The notes under the pieces are model-generated. The model saw nothing but the letters and a program-made list of their open reading frames with translations. It did no database searches and had not been told where the DNA came from. This document shows positions 55,666 to 64,000 of a DNA stretch of 64,000 nucleotides, piece by piece (the first letter of the stretch is position 1; the number at the start of each line of letters is the position of its first letter). The translations under genes were made by a program, and so were the position numbers. Origin of the DNA: Gammaproteobacteria bacterium (lineage in GTDB: Bacteria > Pseudomonadota > Gammaproteobacteria > UBA9214); the NCBI GenBank assembly GCA_020344335.1, contig CP070821.1, positions 1,277,000-1,340,999 on the forward strand, written 5' to 3'.

Positions 55666-55992
55666 TCAGGACCCGGTCTTTTCCACCGCTTCCTTGACCA
55701 TCTTCTGCAGCTCGCCCTTCTGGTACAGTTCAAGGGTTATGTCACACCCGCCTATCAGCTCGCCGTTGATGTAAACCTGCGGAAAGGTCGGCCAGTTGGC
55801 ATAACGCGGCAGGTTTTCGAATACCTCGGGGTCAGCCAGCACATTCACATGGGCAAATTCTTCCCCGCAGGCCATCAATGCCTGCGCGGTACGGCTGGAA
55901 TAGCCACACTGCGGAATCTGTGGTGATCCCTTCATGAAGATAACGACGGGGTTATCTTTTACTACCGCGTCAATGCGCTCCAGAATATCCAT
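55666..55992 (-). CDS. grxD: Monothiol glutaredoxin Grx4/GrxD
   Basis: 108 aa, CGYS active site (PQCGYSSRTAQAL) and WPTFPQVYING box. Confidence 0.95.
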   Translation of the reverse strand: MDILERIDAVVKDNPVVIFMKGSPQIPQCGYSSRTAQALMACGEEFAHVNVLADPEVFENLPRYANWPTFPQVYINGELIGGCDITLELYQKGELQKMVKEAVEKTGS

Positions 55993-56070
55993 GTCCTGTT
56001 TCCTCTCTGTTCGTCTGTTTTGTTGTATGCAAATTCTACCCGCTGCAAGCCTGCCGAATAAAGGTACTTT

Positions 56071-57855
56071 TCAGGCGGTAATCGAGTCTACATTGCGCTG
56101 CAGCCAGAATTCCAGCAACGCCAGATGCCACAGCTTGTTGCCTTTTATCGGGGTCAGGTGATGGTCCGGACTCGAGAGCAGGTGGTCAATCATCTCAGGC
56201 CGGAGCAGGCCGCGTTCCCGGCATGCCCTTGACTCCAGTACCTCGCGCATAAACTCCAGCACCTCTCCACGAATATACTTCAGTGCCGGCAGGGGGAAAT
56301 AGCCCTTGGGCCGGTCAATCACGACATCCGGCAACATGTCCCGGGCAATGCTCTTCAGTACATGCTTGCCACCGGACTTGAGCTTGATTTCCGGCGGTAT
56401 CTGAATGGCCAGCTCAACCAGCGTCTGGTCCAGAAACGGCACGCGCGATTCCAGCCCCCACGCCATGGTCATGTTGTCCACGCGTTTCACCGGATCATCC
56501 ACGATCAGCGTCGTGACATCCAGGGCCAGCACCCGGTTTACAAAGTCCTCCGCACCGGTTTCGGCCAGCCCGTGTGCAATACGGGGGGTGGTGTAATCCG
56601 GTCCGTGATAACGCTGCATCACCGTGTCCCTGAACTCCTGGTGAGTACGGTCGAAATACCGGGGTGCAAACCGCCGGATGTCGCTGCCATCTGCCGCCTG
56701 CATTTGCGGGTACCAGAAATAACCTCCGAACACCTCATCTGCACCCTGCCCGCTTTGCACCACCTTGACCTCGCGTGACACCTGTTCACCGAGCAGGTAA
56801 AACGCCAAGGCATCCTGGCCGACCATCGGCTCCGCCATGGCCTCCACGGCCTCCGGCAAACGGACAAGAACTTCACTGTTCGCTATCGAAAAGCGCTTGT
56901 GACGCGTACTGTACAGGTCTGCAACCAGGTCCGAATATTCAAATTCGTGCCCTTTTTCTTCCTCCTGGTCCTCGAACCCGACGGAAAAGGTATACAGCTC
57001 ACCACCACCGGCCTCGGCCAGCAGCGCCACCAGCAGACTGGAATCCAGTCCGCCTGACAGCAATACACCGACAGGCACATCGGCAATGGCCCTGCGCTTT
57101 TCGACGGCACGCACCAATGCCTCGTGCACGGCGTCGATCCACTCCCATTCACTGCGGGCCAGAACGTGCTGCTCGGCTTCCAGTCTCCAGTATCTACTGA
57201 CCTGCCTGCGACCCTGTACATCAACCCTCATGCTGTGCGCCGGTGCCAACTTGCGCAAGCCACGCAGCACGGTTCGCGGTGCCGGCACCACCGCATGCAA
57301 GGTCAGGTGATGATGCAGTGCCACCGGATCTATTGCCGTATCCACGCCACCGGCAGCCAGCAGTGCCTGGCTGGTTGATGCAAAACGCAGTCCCTGTGAG
57401 GTGAGGCTGTAGTACAGCGGCTTGATACCAAACCGGTCACGGGCAAGGAACAGGGTCTGCTCGTCAAGATTCCAGATAGCGAAGGCAAACATCCCGTGGA
57501 GATGCCGTGGGCAATCCTCACCCCACTCGGCGTATGCTTTCAGGATTACTTCAGTGTCGCCTTCGGAAAAAAACCGGTAACCCCTGGCACGCAGCTGCTC
57601 CCGGAGTTCGGGATAGTTGTAGATCGTTCCATTGAAAACCAGCACCAGCCCGAGTTCGGTGTCCACCATTGGCTGGGCCGAGCGTTCAGAAAGATCAATA
57701 ATGGAAAGTCGCCGGTGTCCCAGTGCAACCGGCCCTGCCGCGTACTCGCCCCCGGCATCCGGTCCGCGACGTTCCAGCCTGGCCACCATGTCCACAATCG
57801 TCTGGTGTTCCGGGCGCGTACCGTCGAAACGTAGTTCACCGCAAATGCCACACAT
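56071..57855 (-). CDS. asnB: Asparagine synthase (glutamine-hydrolysing) family amidotransferase
   Basis: 594 aa; N-terminal MCGI Ntn-hydrolase domain, PP-loop SGGLDSS in the synthetase domain. Confidence 0.88.
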   Translation of the reverse strand: MCGICGELRFDGTRPEHQTIVDMVARLERRGPDAGGEYAAGPVALGHRRLSIIDLSERSAQPMVDTELGLVLVFNGTIYNYPELREQLRARGYRFFSEGDTEVILKAYAEWGEDCPRHLHGMFAFAIWNLDEQTLFLARDRFGIKPLYYSLTSQGLRFASTSQALLAAGGVDTAIDPVALHHHLTLHAVVPAPRTVLRGLRKLAPAHSMRVDVQGRRQVSRYWRLEAEQHVLARSEWEWIDAVHEALVRAVEKRRAIADVPVGVLLSGGLDSSLLVALLAEAGGGELYTFSVGFEDQEEEKGHEFEYSDLVADLYSTRHKRFSIANSEVLVRLPEAVEAMAEPMVGQDALAFYLLGEQVSREVKVVQSGQGADEVFGGYFWYPQMQAADGSDIRRFAPRYFDRTHQEFRDTVMQRYHGPDYTTPRIAHGLAETGAEDFVNRVLALDVTTLIVDDPVKRVDNMTMAWGLESRVPFLDQTLVELAIQIPPEIKLKSGGKHVLKSIARDMLPDVVIDRPKGYFPLPALKYIRGEVLEFMREVLESRACRERGLLRPEMIDHLLSSPDHHLTPIKGNKLWHLALLEFWLQRNVDSITA

Positions 57856-57893
57856 CGGCCGTTTACCGCTTCCGGAACAATATCAGCCGGTGA

Positions 57894-58244
57894 TCAGGGG
57901 GTAACACCGATACGCGAGACGACCTGCCTGACGTTCCCGGTGCCGCGGGCCAGCTCTACCGCCCGGCTGGCGGCGGCCTGCGATTTCACCGTCCCGCTCA
58001 GGGTCACGACGCCCTGTTGTGTATCGATGCCGATGGTATAGACACGGAGGAGAGCATCATTCCGGTATTTCGCTTTAATCGCCGATGTAATACTGGCATC
58101 ACTGCCCGTCTTGCCGGCATCGTGCTGCTGCTGGCCGGCATAGTAACCCCCCGCCCCCGCGGCACCACCAATGACCAGCGAGGCACAGCCGGTCTGGGTA
58201 AGTCCGATAATCAGGGTGATAACATATATCCGCGCCATGCCCAT
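57894..58244 (-). CDS. BON-domain lipoprotein (OsmY-like)
   Basis: About 117 aa from Met 58244 with lipobox LTQTGC and one BON domain (GVVTLSGTVKSQAAASRAVELARGTGNVRQV). Track ORF reaches 58448. Confidence 0.65.
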   Translation of the reverse strand: MGMARIYVITLIIGLTQTGCASLVIGGAAGAGGYYAGQQQHDAGKTGSDASITSAIKAKYRNDALLRVYTIGIDTQQGVVTLSGTVKSQAAASRAVELARGTGNVRQVVSRIGVTP

Positions 58245-58293
58245 AGCCGTTGCTCCCGTTGTTGTCCTGTTTACCGGTTGTGCGGCGCGGTCA

Positions 58294-59853
58294 CTAAACC
58301 GTGTCAGGTCGCTGTATCCCGGTGTTGCCCCAGCCACCACCACCGGGTGTGCAAACCCTGAGCCGCTCACCGGTACTGATTTCCAGACTTGTCTTCGCGG
58401 GCAGGCGGCGGCCGGATAGCCAGTTCTCGCCAGGTGCGCCCGCACCACCCCCGTCGAGTCCCCAGGGTCTGTGAGTGCGCCTTTCCGTCAGCAGAGTCAC
58501 GGTGGCCGGTTCCAGAAACTCGTACTCGCGCACCAGGCCATCGCCCCCCCGGTGCTGCCCTTCACCACCCGACCCGTCACGCAACTGGTAGCGCAGCAGG
58601 CGAAGAGGAAAATTCATTTCCAGTACTTCAATCGGTGTATTCAGTGTATTGGTCATGTGAGAATGCGTGGCATGCAAACCGCCATAGCGGCAGCCTGCAC
58701 CCGTACCGCCACCGATGGTTTCGTAGTAATCCCAGGACCGACCGGCACGCCGTGCACCCATCGCCAGGTTATTCATGGTCCCCTGGCTTGCAGACGGAAT
58801 CCTCTCGGGCACTGCCCGCGCCAGCGCACCCATCACAACATCGACGACCCGGCTGCTGGTCTCGACATTGCCGGCGGCTACCGCGGCCGGGCGCCGGGCA
58901 TTCAGCAAACAGCCGTCCGGCGCCACGATATGGATGTCGCGGAAACTGCCGGCACAGGCCGGGGTGTGTTCCGGCATCAGGCAGCGAAACACATAATACA
59001 CACCTGCCGCCGTGACCGGGAGCGGACAATTGATATTACCCGTCACCTGCCAGGCTGTCCCGGTGAAATCCACCTCGATGCAGGTGCCCGCAACGCGGAT
59101 GCAAACCTCGATTCCGATATCGTGGCCGCCCATTCCGTCATCATCCATGACATCACGAAACCGGTAGTTGCCATCCGGAATCTCCCGCAATGATTCACGT
59201 GCAAGTCGCGCACCGTATTCATTTACAGCGAAAAGACCCTGCGAAAAATGCCTGACACCCATGGCCTCACCCAGCCCGGCAAGGCGCCTGATGCCGGTGC
59301 GGTTGGCACTGATCTGGGCAGCCAGATCGCCCTCCATTTGCCGGGGGTTGGCCGTCGCACCGATAATCATGTCCGTGGTTGCCGCTACCGGTTCACCCGC
59401 CTGCAGCAACAGCATGGGCGGAATCACCAGGCCTTCCTCCTGCAATGAGCTTGATACCGGCATGGAGCCCGGACTGTGCGCCCCGATATCCGCATGATGG
59501 GCCCGGTTGGCGACAAATCCCGCCAAAGCATTGCTGGCAAATACCGGGGCCACCAGCGTGACATCCGGCAGATGCGTACCACCGAGAAAGGGGTCATTGA
59601 CGACCAGCATGTCACCAGGTGCCCAGTCCGTTCCGGTCACGAGGTCATGCATGGCATAGGCCATGCTGCCGAGGTGCACCGGGATATGTGCGGCCTGGGC
59701 GCACAGTTGCCCGCGGGCATCAAAAACGGCACAGGAAAAATCCAGCCGGTCCTTGATATTCGGGGAAAACGCGGCACGCCGGAGGACCGCGCCCATCTCG
59801 TCACAGGTCGCCGCAATCCGGCTGGCAAATACACTCAGTTCGATGGCATCCAT
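58294..59853 (-). CDS. Hydantoinase B/oxoprolinase (HyuB) family protein
   Basis: About 519 aa from Met 59853 with characteristic HyuB N-terminus DAIELSVFASRIAATCDEMGAVLRRAAFSPNIKDRLDFSCA. Confidence 0.85.
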   Translation of the reverse strand: MDAIELSVFASRIAATCDEMGAVLRRAAFSPNIKDRLDFSCAVFDARGQLCAQAAHIPVHLGSMAYAMHDLVTGTDWAPGDMLVVNDPFLGGTHLPDVTLVAPVFASNALAGFVANRAHHADIGAHSPGSMPVSSSLQEEGLVIPPMLLLQAGEPVAATTDMIIGATANPRQMEGDLAAQISANRTGIRRLAGLGEAMGVRHFSQGLFAVNEYGARLARESLREIPDGNYRFRDVMDDDGMGGHDIGIEVCIRVAGTCIEVDFTGTAWQVTGNINCPLPVTAAGVYYVFRCLMPEHTPACAGSFRDIHIVAPDGCLLNARRPAAVAAGNVETSSRVVDVVMGALARAVPERIPSASQGTMNNLAMGARRAGRSWDYYETIGGGTGAGCRYGGLHATHSHMTNTLNTPIEVLEMNFPLRLLRYQLRDGSGGEGQHRGGDGLVREYEFLEPATVTLLTERRTHRPWGLDGGGAGAPGENWLSGRRLPAKTSLEISTGERLRVCTPGGGGWGNTGIQRPDTV

Positions 59854-60033
59854 CCCGGTTCCAGGCTTTGCGCGTCCCCTCAGGGCTTGCTCCAAATGGT
59901 GTAAGTATATGCTTTTTTTGTAGAAAATCGCCATCGTGCATATTGCAATATGGGAATCTCTGCCTTATGCTCCCATTCCCGAGTAATTTGGTCACCTATT
60001 TCATTCAGCCACGAGCGGCAAAGAGGAGTGCAC

Positions 60034-60633
60034 ACCATGAACCCGTTAACTTCTATCCTGGGAACCATTATTTCCGGTTTCGTCCTGGCGATAATCATCA
60101 TTCTTGCCCTTGGCACCTCCGGCCTGAATCTCTGGTCACTGGAAGTCTGGGCCCACGTACTTGCCGGCATTACCTGGATCGGCCTGCTCTATTACTTCAA
60201 CTTCGTGCAGGTTCCCGCCGTCGGCGAGGCGCTCGGGGATGAAGGTGGCCCGGGCCCGGCAGCCATCAACAAATACGTCGCACCGCGTGCCCTGCTGTGG
60301 TTCCGCTGGGGTGCCGTTGCCACTTGGCTGACCGGTGCTGCAGCACTGGAGCAATTGTACACCGGCGAAGGCTCCGGCTTCGTCAAGGCATTCACCTTGC
60401 AGGATCCGTTGACCATCATCGGCATCGGCGCCTGGCTGGGCACCATCATGCTGTTCAACGTCTGGGTACTGATCTGGCCGAACCAGAAGAAGATCCTCGG
60501 TATCGTCGAAGCCAGTGCCGACGAAATTGCCGGCGCCAAAAAGGTCGCCCTGATGGCCTCGCGCACCAACACGCTGCTGTCCATCCCGATGTTGATGTGC
60601 ATGGTCGGTCATGGTCACGGTCTGCCGTTCTGA
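60034..60633 (+). CDS. Hypothetical integral membrane protein (possibly urate-oxidase-N/PuuD-N-like)
   Basis: About 199 aa from Met 60034, 4-5 TM helices. The weak resemblance to Urate_ox_N-type membrane domains is from memory only. Confidence 0.45.
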   Translation, partial: TMNPLTSILGTIISGFVLAIIIILALGTSGLNLWSLEVWAHVLAGITWIGLLYYFNFVQVPAVGEALGDEGGPGPAAINKYVAPRALLWFRWGAVATWLTGAAALEQLYTGEGSGFVKAFTLQDPLTIIGIGAWLGTIMLFNVWVLIWPNQKKILGIVEASADEIAGAKKVALMASRTNTLLSIPMLMCMVGHGHGLPF

Positions 60634-60653
60634 CGAAGTAACAGAATAGACGC

Positions 60654-60692
60654 ACACAAGCCCGGCCAGTGGCCGGGCTTGTGTCTTTCAGG
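60654..60692 (+). terminator. Rho-independent terminator
   Basis: Perfect 14-bp GC-rich stem ACACAAGCCCGGCC-agtg-GCCGGGCTTGTGT followed by CTTTCAGGTGTTTG, 20 nt after the stop of the membrane-protein gene. Confidence 0.6.
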
Positions 60693-60790
60693 TGTTTGCC
60701 TGAACCCGGACCAGATTATAGAATCGGGCATTATAGTGATGGCAGTCTTTAACCGGGCTGCCTTTTTTCTTTTCGGATACTGTAAAACAA

Positions 60791-61966
60791 ATGGCTGATC
60801 ACCTTATGTCGACGTACGCGCGCCTGCCGGTTCAGTTTGACCGTGGAAACGGGATCTGGCTGTGGGACACGGAAGGCAGACAATACCTCGACGCCCTCAG
60901 CGGCATCGCAGTGTGCGCACTTGGCCATGCTCACCCGAACGTAACCAGGGCACTTGCGGAACAGGCTGCCTTGTTGGTACACACTTCCAATCTGTACGGA
61001 ATCGGCCTGCAGGAAGAACTCGCCGACCGGTTGTGCTCCCTTTCGGGTATGGAACGCGTATTTTTCTGCAACTCGGGGGCAGAAGCCAATGAGGCCGCCA
61101 TCAAGATTGCCCGGCTGTACGGTCACAGCAGGGAAATTACCTGCCCGGCTATTATCGTCATGGAAAACAGTTTTCATGGCCGCACCCTGGCGACACTGAC
61201 AGCCACCGGCAACCGCAAGGTCCAGGCGGGTTTCGAACCCCTGGTCCGTGGTTTCATCCGGGTCCCCTTCAACGATCTCGCGGCAATCGACGCAGTCGCG
61301 GAAACCAAGAACGACGTAGTCGCCGTGCTGGTGGAACCGGTCCAGGGTGAAGGTGGCATCAATATCCCTGACCCGGGCTACCTCGAGGGAATCCGGAAAA
61401 TCTGTGATTCGCGGAGCTGGCTGATGATGCTCGATGAAATACAGACCGGTATTGGTCGCACCGGGAAATGGTTTGCCTTCCAGCATGAATCGCTGTCGCC
61501 GGATGTGGTTACCGTGGCCAAGGCACTGGGCAACGGCGTGCCGATCGGAACCTGCATGGCGCACGGTGTTGCAGCGGAGATGCTGCAGCCCGGTACCCAC
61601 GGCACCACCTTTGGAGGTAATCCGCTGTCGGCACGTGCCGCACTGGCAGTACTTGACTGCATCGAGTCCGAAAACCTGGTTGCAAATGCCGGCATACTCG
61701 GGCAGAAACTACGGACCGGTTTCATCGACAGCCTTTCCGGCACAGCCGGGGTTGTCGATATTCGAGGCAGCGGTCTGATGATCGGCATTGAACTCGATCG
61801 TCCCTGCGGGGAACTGGTCAGGACGGCGCTGGATCGCGGCTTGCTGATCAATGTAACGGCAGAACGGGTCGTGCGGCTGCTGCCACCACTGATTACAACC
61901 GATCACCAGGCAGAAATGATCGTGGAAAAAGTCAGTGAGTTGATCCAAGAGTTCCTGGCCGAGTAG
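60791..61966 (+). CDS. argD: Acetylornithine/succinyl-diaminopimelate aminotransferase (class III PLP aminotransferase)
   Basis: 391 aa, class-III aminotransferase pattern ([25 protein letters not shown]). Confidence 0.9.
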   Translation: MADHLMSTYARLPVQFDRGNGIWLWDTEGRQYLDALSGIAVCALGHAHPNVTRALAEQAALLVHTSNLYGIGLQEELADRLCSLSGMERVFFCNSGAEANEAAIKIARLYGHSREITCPAIIVMENSFHGRTLATLTATGNRKVQAGFEPLVRGFIRVPFNDLAAIDAVAETKNDVVAVLVEPVQGEGGINIPDPGYLEGIRKICDSRSWLMMLDEIQTGIGRTGKWFAFQHESLSPDVVTVAKALGNGVPIGTCMAHGVAAEMLQPGTHGTTFGGNPLSARAALAVLDCIESENLVANAGILGQKLRTGFIDSLSGTAGVVDIRGSGLMIGIELDRPCGELVRTALDRGLLINVTAERVVRLLPPLITTDHQAEMIVEKVSELIQEFLAE

Positions 61967-61970
61967 CACA

Positions 61971-62894
61971 ATGATGACAAGACATTTCCTGAGTCTGCTT
62001 GACCTTACCCCCGGTGAACTCAGGGCGATCATTGCCCGTGCGTCGGAACTCAAGGCCATCAACCGGTCAGGTACCCTGCACGAGACACTGAAAAACCGGA
62101 TCCTTGCGATGGTGTTCGAAAAGTCATCAACGCGTACCCGGATGTCCTTCGAGGCTGGAATGGCACAACTGGGCGGTCACGCGATCTACCTGTCGCCCCG
62201 TGACACCCAGATCGGCCGCGGAGAACCCATCGAGGACACGGCCCGGGTACTTTCCCGGATGGCAGATGCCATCATGATCAGGACCTTCGAACACAGCAAA
62301 ATCGAGCGCTTCGCTGCCTATTCAGAGGTACCCGTCATCAATGCACTGACCGATATGTATCACCCCTGCCAGCTGCTGGCAGACATACAGACCTGGATCG
62401 AACTGCGCGGCGACATCAGCGGCAAGACCGTGGCGTGGATCGGGGATGGCAACAACATGTGTCATTCCTACATAAATGCCGCACGACAATTCGGTTTTAA
62501 CCTGCATATCGCTGCACCGGCGGGTTATACACCGGACGCACAACTCATGAAGGAAGCCGACCACTGTGCCACCCTGTTTGACAGCCCGGTCGAGGCAGCC
62601 GGTGACGTCGACCTCGTAGTAACCGATGTCTGGGCCAGCATGGGACAGGAAGAAGAACAGGCAAGACGTGCAAAGGCATTTGCAGATTTCCAGGTTAATG
62701 CAAGCGTGATGTCAGCCACAAAGCCGGACGCGCTGTTCATGCACTGTCTCCCTGCACATCGCGGCGAAGAGGTTTCGGAAGACGTGATTGATGGCCCGCA
62801 GAGTGTCGTATGGGATGAAGCCGAGAACCGCCTGCATGCACAGAAGGCGCTGCTGGAATTCCTGATAACCCCCGAAACCGGTCGCTCAGCCTGA
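61971..62894 (+). CDS. argF: Ornithine carbamoyltransferase
   Basis: 307 aa; carbamoyl-phosphate binding STRTR and ornithine-binding HCLP motifs. Confidence 0.93.
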   Translation: MMTRHFLSLLDLTPGELRAIIARASELKAINRSGTLHETLKNRILAMVFEKSSTRTRMSFEAGMAQLGGHAIYLSPRDTQIGRGEPIEDTARVLSRMADAIMIRTFEHSKIERFAAYSEVPVINALTDMYHPCQLLADIQTWIELRGDISGKTVAWIGDGNNMCHSYINAARQFGFNLHIAAPAGYTPDAQLMKEADHCATLFDSPVEAAGDVDLVVTDVWASMGQEEEQARRAKAFADFQVNASVMSATKPDALFMHCLPAHRGEEVSEDVIDGPQSVVWDEAENRLHAQKALLEFLITPETGRSA

Positions 62895-62900
62895 CATCCC

Positions 62901-63680
62901 ATGTGCAGACTCGCCGCCTATCTCGGACCTGCAATCAGCCTGAAACAGTTTCTGCTTGACCCGCCGCACAGCCTGTACCGGCAGTCCTGGGAACCGCGGG
63001 AACTGAAGTACGCAAAAATGAACGCCGACGGTTACGGGTTCGGGTGGTACGGACAGGATGACACTCCGGCAATCTATACCAATCCAATGCCCGTCTGGTC
63101 CGACAACAACCTGCCCCACCTGGCGCGCACCCTGAGTCAACCGCTATGGCTGGCTGAAGTACGCAGTGCCACCCCGGGCAGCCATGTACACCAGTTCAAT
63201 ACCGCACCCTTTTGCGATGCAGAGCTGCTCTACATACACAACGGCTTTATCCGTGAATTCCACATGCAGCTGGTACAACGGATAACTGCCATGCTCGATT
63301 CCGAAATCGCAGCGGACATCCATGGCAACACCGATTCCGAATACCTGTTCGCCTGCCTGCGCCAGCTGCTCGCAGATGATCCGGACCTCACCATTGCGGC
63401 CGCCATGGCAAGACTGTTTGATTTGCTTGCCGACTGGATTGATGAACAGCCGGCATTGATAAATATCGTGATCACAGACGGACAACGCCTGTATGCAAGC
63501 CGGCATGGTCTCAACCACGAGTGCCCGTCCCTCTACTACACGACCGACGATGAGCTGTTTCCCGGCGGTCAGGTCATTGCATCGGAACGCCTTACCGGTG
63601 ACAGTTACTGGCAACCGGTACCCGAACATCACATTCTCATCCTTGACCCGGACAAGCCGCCTGAACTGCTGGCCCTGTGA
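62901..63680 (+). CDS. Class II (Ntn) glutamine amidotransferase, EgtC-like
   Basis: 259 aa beginning MCRLAAYLG (catalytic Cys2); overall pattern of the EgtC-like class II amidotransferase family. Confidence 0.75.
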   Translation: MCRLAAYLGPAISLKQFLLDPPHSLYRQSWEPRELKYAKMNADGYGFGWYGQDDTPAIYTNPMPVWSDNNLPHLARTLSQPLWLAEVRSATPGSHVHQFNTAPFCDAELLYIHNGFIREFHMQLVQRITAMLDSEIAADIHGNTDSEYLFACLRQLLADDPDLTIAAAMARLFDLLADWIDEQPALINIVITDGQRLYASRHGLNHECPSLYYTTDDELFPGGQVIASERLTGDSYWQPVPEHHILILDPDKPPELLAL

Positions 63681-64000
63681 GCTGGACTGCATTACTTGGC
63701 GAACTGCAGAGGGCACGTGTACTGGTTACCGGTCTGGTAGAAGACCGGGATGAGGCCGACTGGCGCAGCCAGGCACACCCCGACCTGAGCCCGCTCGGCT
63801 GGCACCTGGGTCATTGCACCTTCACAGAGTGTTACTGGCTGCAGGAAGTCATACAACATGACGCGCGTTACACAACACCGGTTGCCGACCTTTATACACC
63901 ACCCCGAACACCGAAGTCGGAGCGCGGCAAACAGCTGCCGCCCCGGGAAGCATTGCTTGCCTGGGTACACGGCCTGCAGGAAATAAACACGGACACACTG
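63677..64000 (+). CDS. EgtB-like DinB_2-domain protein (sulfoxide-synthase family), 5-prime part only; runs off the right edge
   Basis: From GTG 63677 (overlapping the upstream stop) the translation VSWTALLGELQRARVLVTGLVEDRDEADWRSQAHPDLSPLGWHLGHCTFTECYWLQEVI... matches the EgtB/OvoA N-terminal DinB_2 domain pattern (SPL.W.LGH). Confidence 0.55.
   Translation, partial: MSWTALLGELQRARVLVTGLVEDRDEADWRSQAHPDLSPLGWHLGHCTFTECYWLQEVIQHDARYTTPVADLYTPPRTPKSERGKQLPPREALLAWVHGLQEINTDTL

Overview
This is a 64 kb chromosomal window from a high-GC (about 58-60 percent) Gram-negative genome. Gene content and synteny look gammaproteobacterial. Examples are algU(rpoE)-mucA-mucB-mucC-mucD-lepA-lepB-rnc-era (the Pseudomonas-like order), nadB divergent from rpoE, hda next to a DUF2066 gene, purMN followed by a DUF3108 gene, apbC(mrp) divergent from metG, rnfABCDGE-nth, and grxD near rnt. 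The window is almost entirely coding, about 70 protein genes. I could not support any rRNA, tRNA, CRISPR array, transposase, integrase or phage gene. Most of it is core housekeeping: translation and processing (lepA, lepB, rnc, era, metG, rnt), envelope-stress sigma-E regulon, NAD, purine, pyrimidine and arginine biosynthesis (nadB, purM, purN, pyrC, argG, argD, argF), the Rnf complex, pyruvate kinase, class I fumarase, and a heterotetrameric-E1 2-oxoacid dehydrogenase operon. The outstanding feature is a four-gene cassette at about 29.3-32.1 kb, inserted between nth and an FMN-glutamate-synthase-like/NhaP pair. It encodes (1) a small Sec-signal-peptide protein whose mature part is three tandem EGKCGEGKCGGEKKATE repeats, encoded by a 51-nt DNA tandem repeat; (2) a DUF692/MbnB-like MNIO enzyme; (3) a DUF2063 partner protein; (4) a DoxX membrane protein. 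That is the architecture of a bufferin-type (BufABCD-like) RiPP metallophore system, in which Cys residues of a Sec-exported precursor are converted to thiooxazole metal ligands. The cassette is preceded by an AT-rich 200-bp leader containing a perfect TATGTA-gt-TACATA palindrome. Other points worth a second look are an in-frame E2-E3 (lipoyl acyltransferase / dihydrolipoyl dehydrogenase) fusion ORF of 894 aa, a carboxymuconolactone-decarboxylase/Rieske fusion, an EgtC-like amidotransferase followed by a truncated EgtB-like gene at the right edge, a small operon of a secretin-N-domain protein, an unknown periplasmic protein and a TlpA-like thioredoxin, and a lone HyuB-family gene. All calls are from reading the translations and sequence by eye; no database searches were run.
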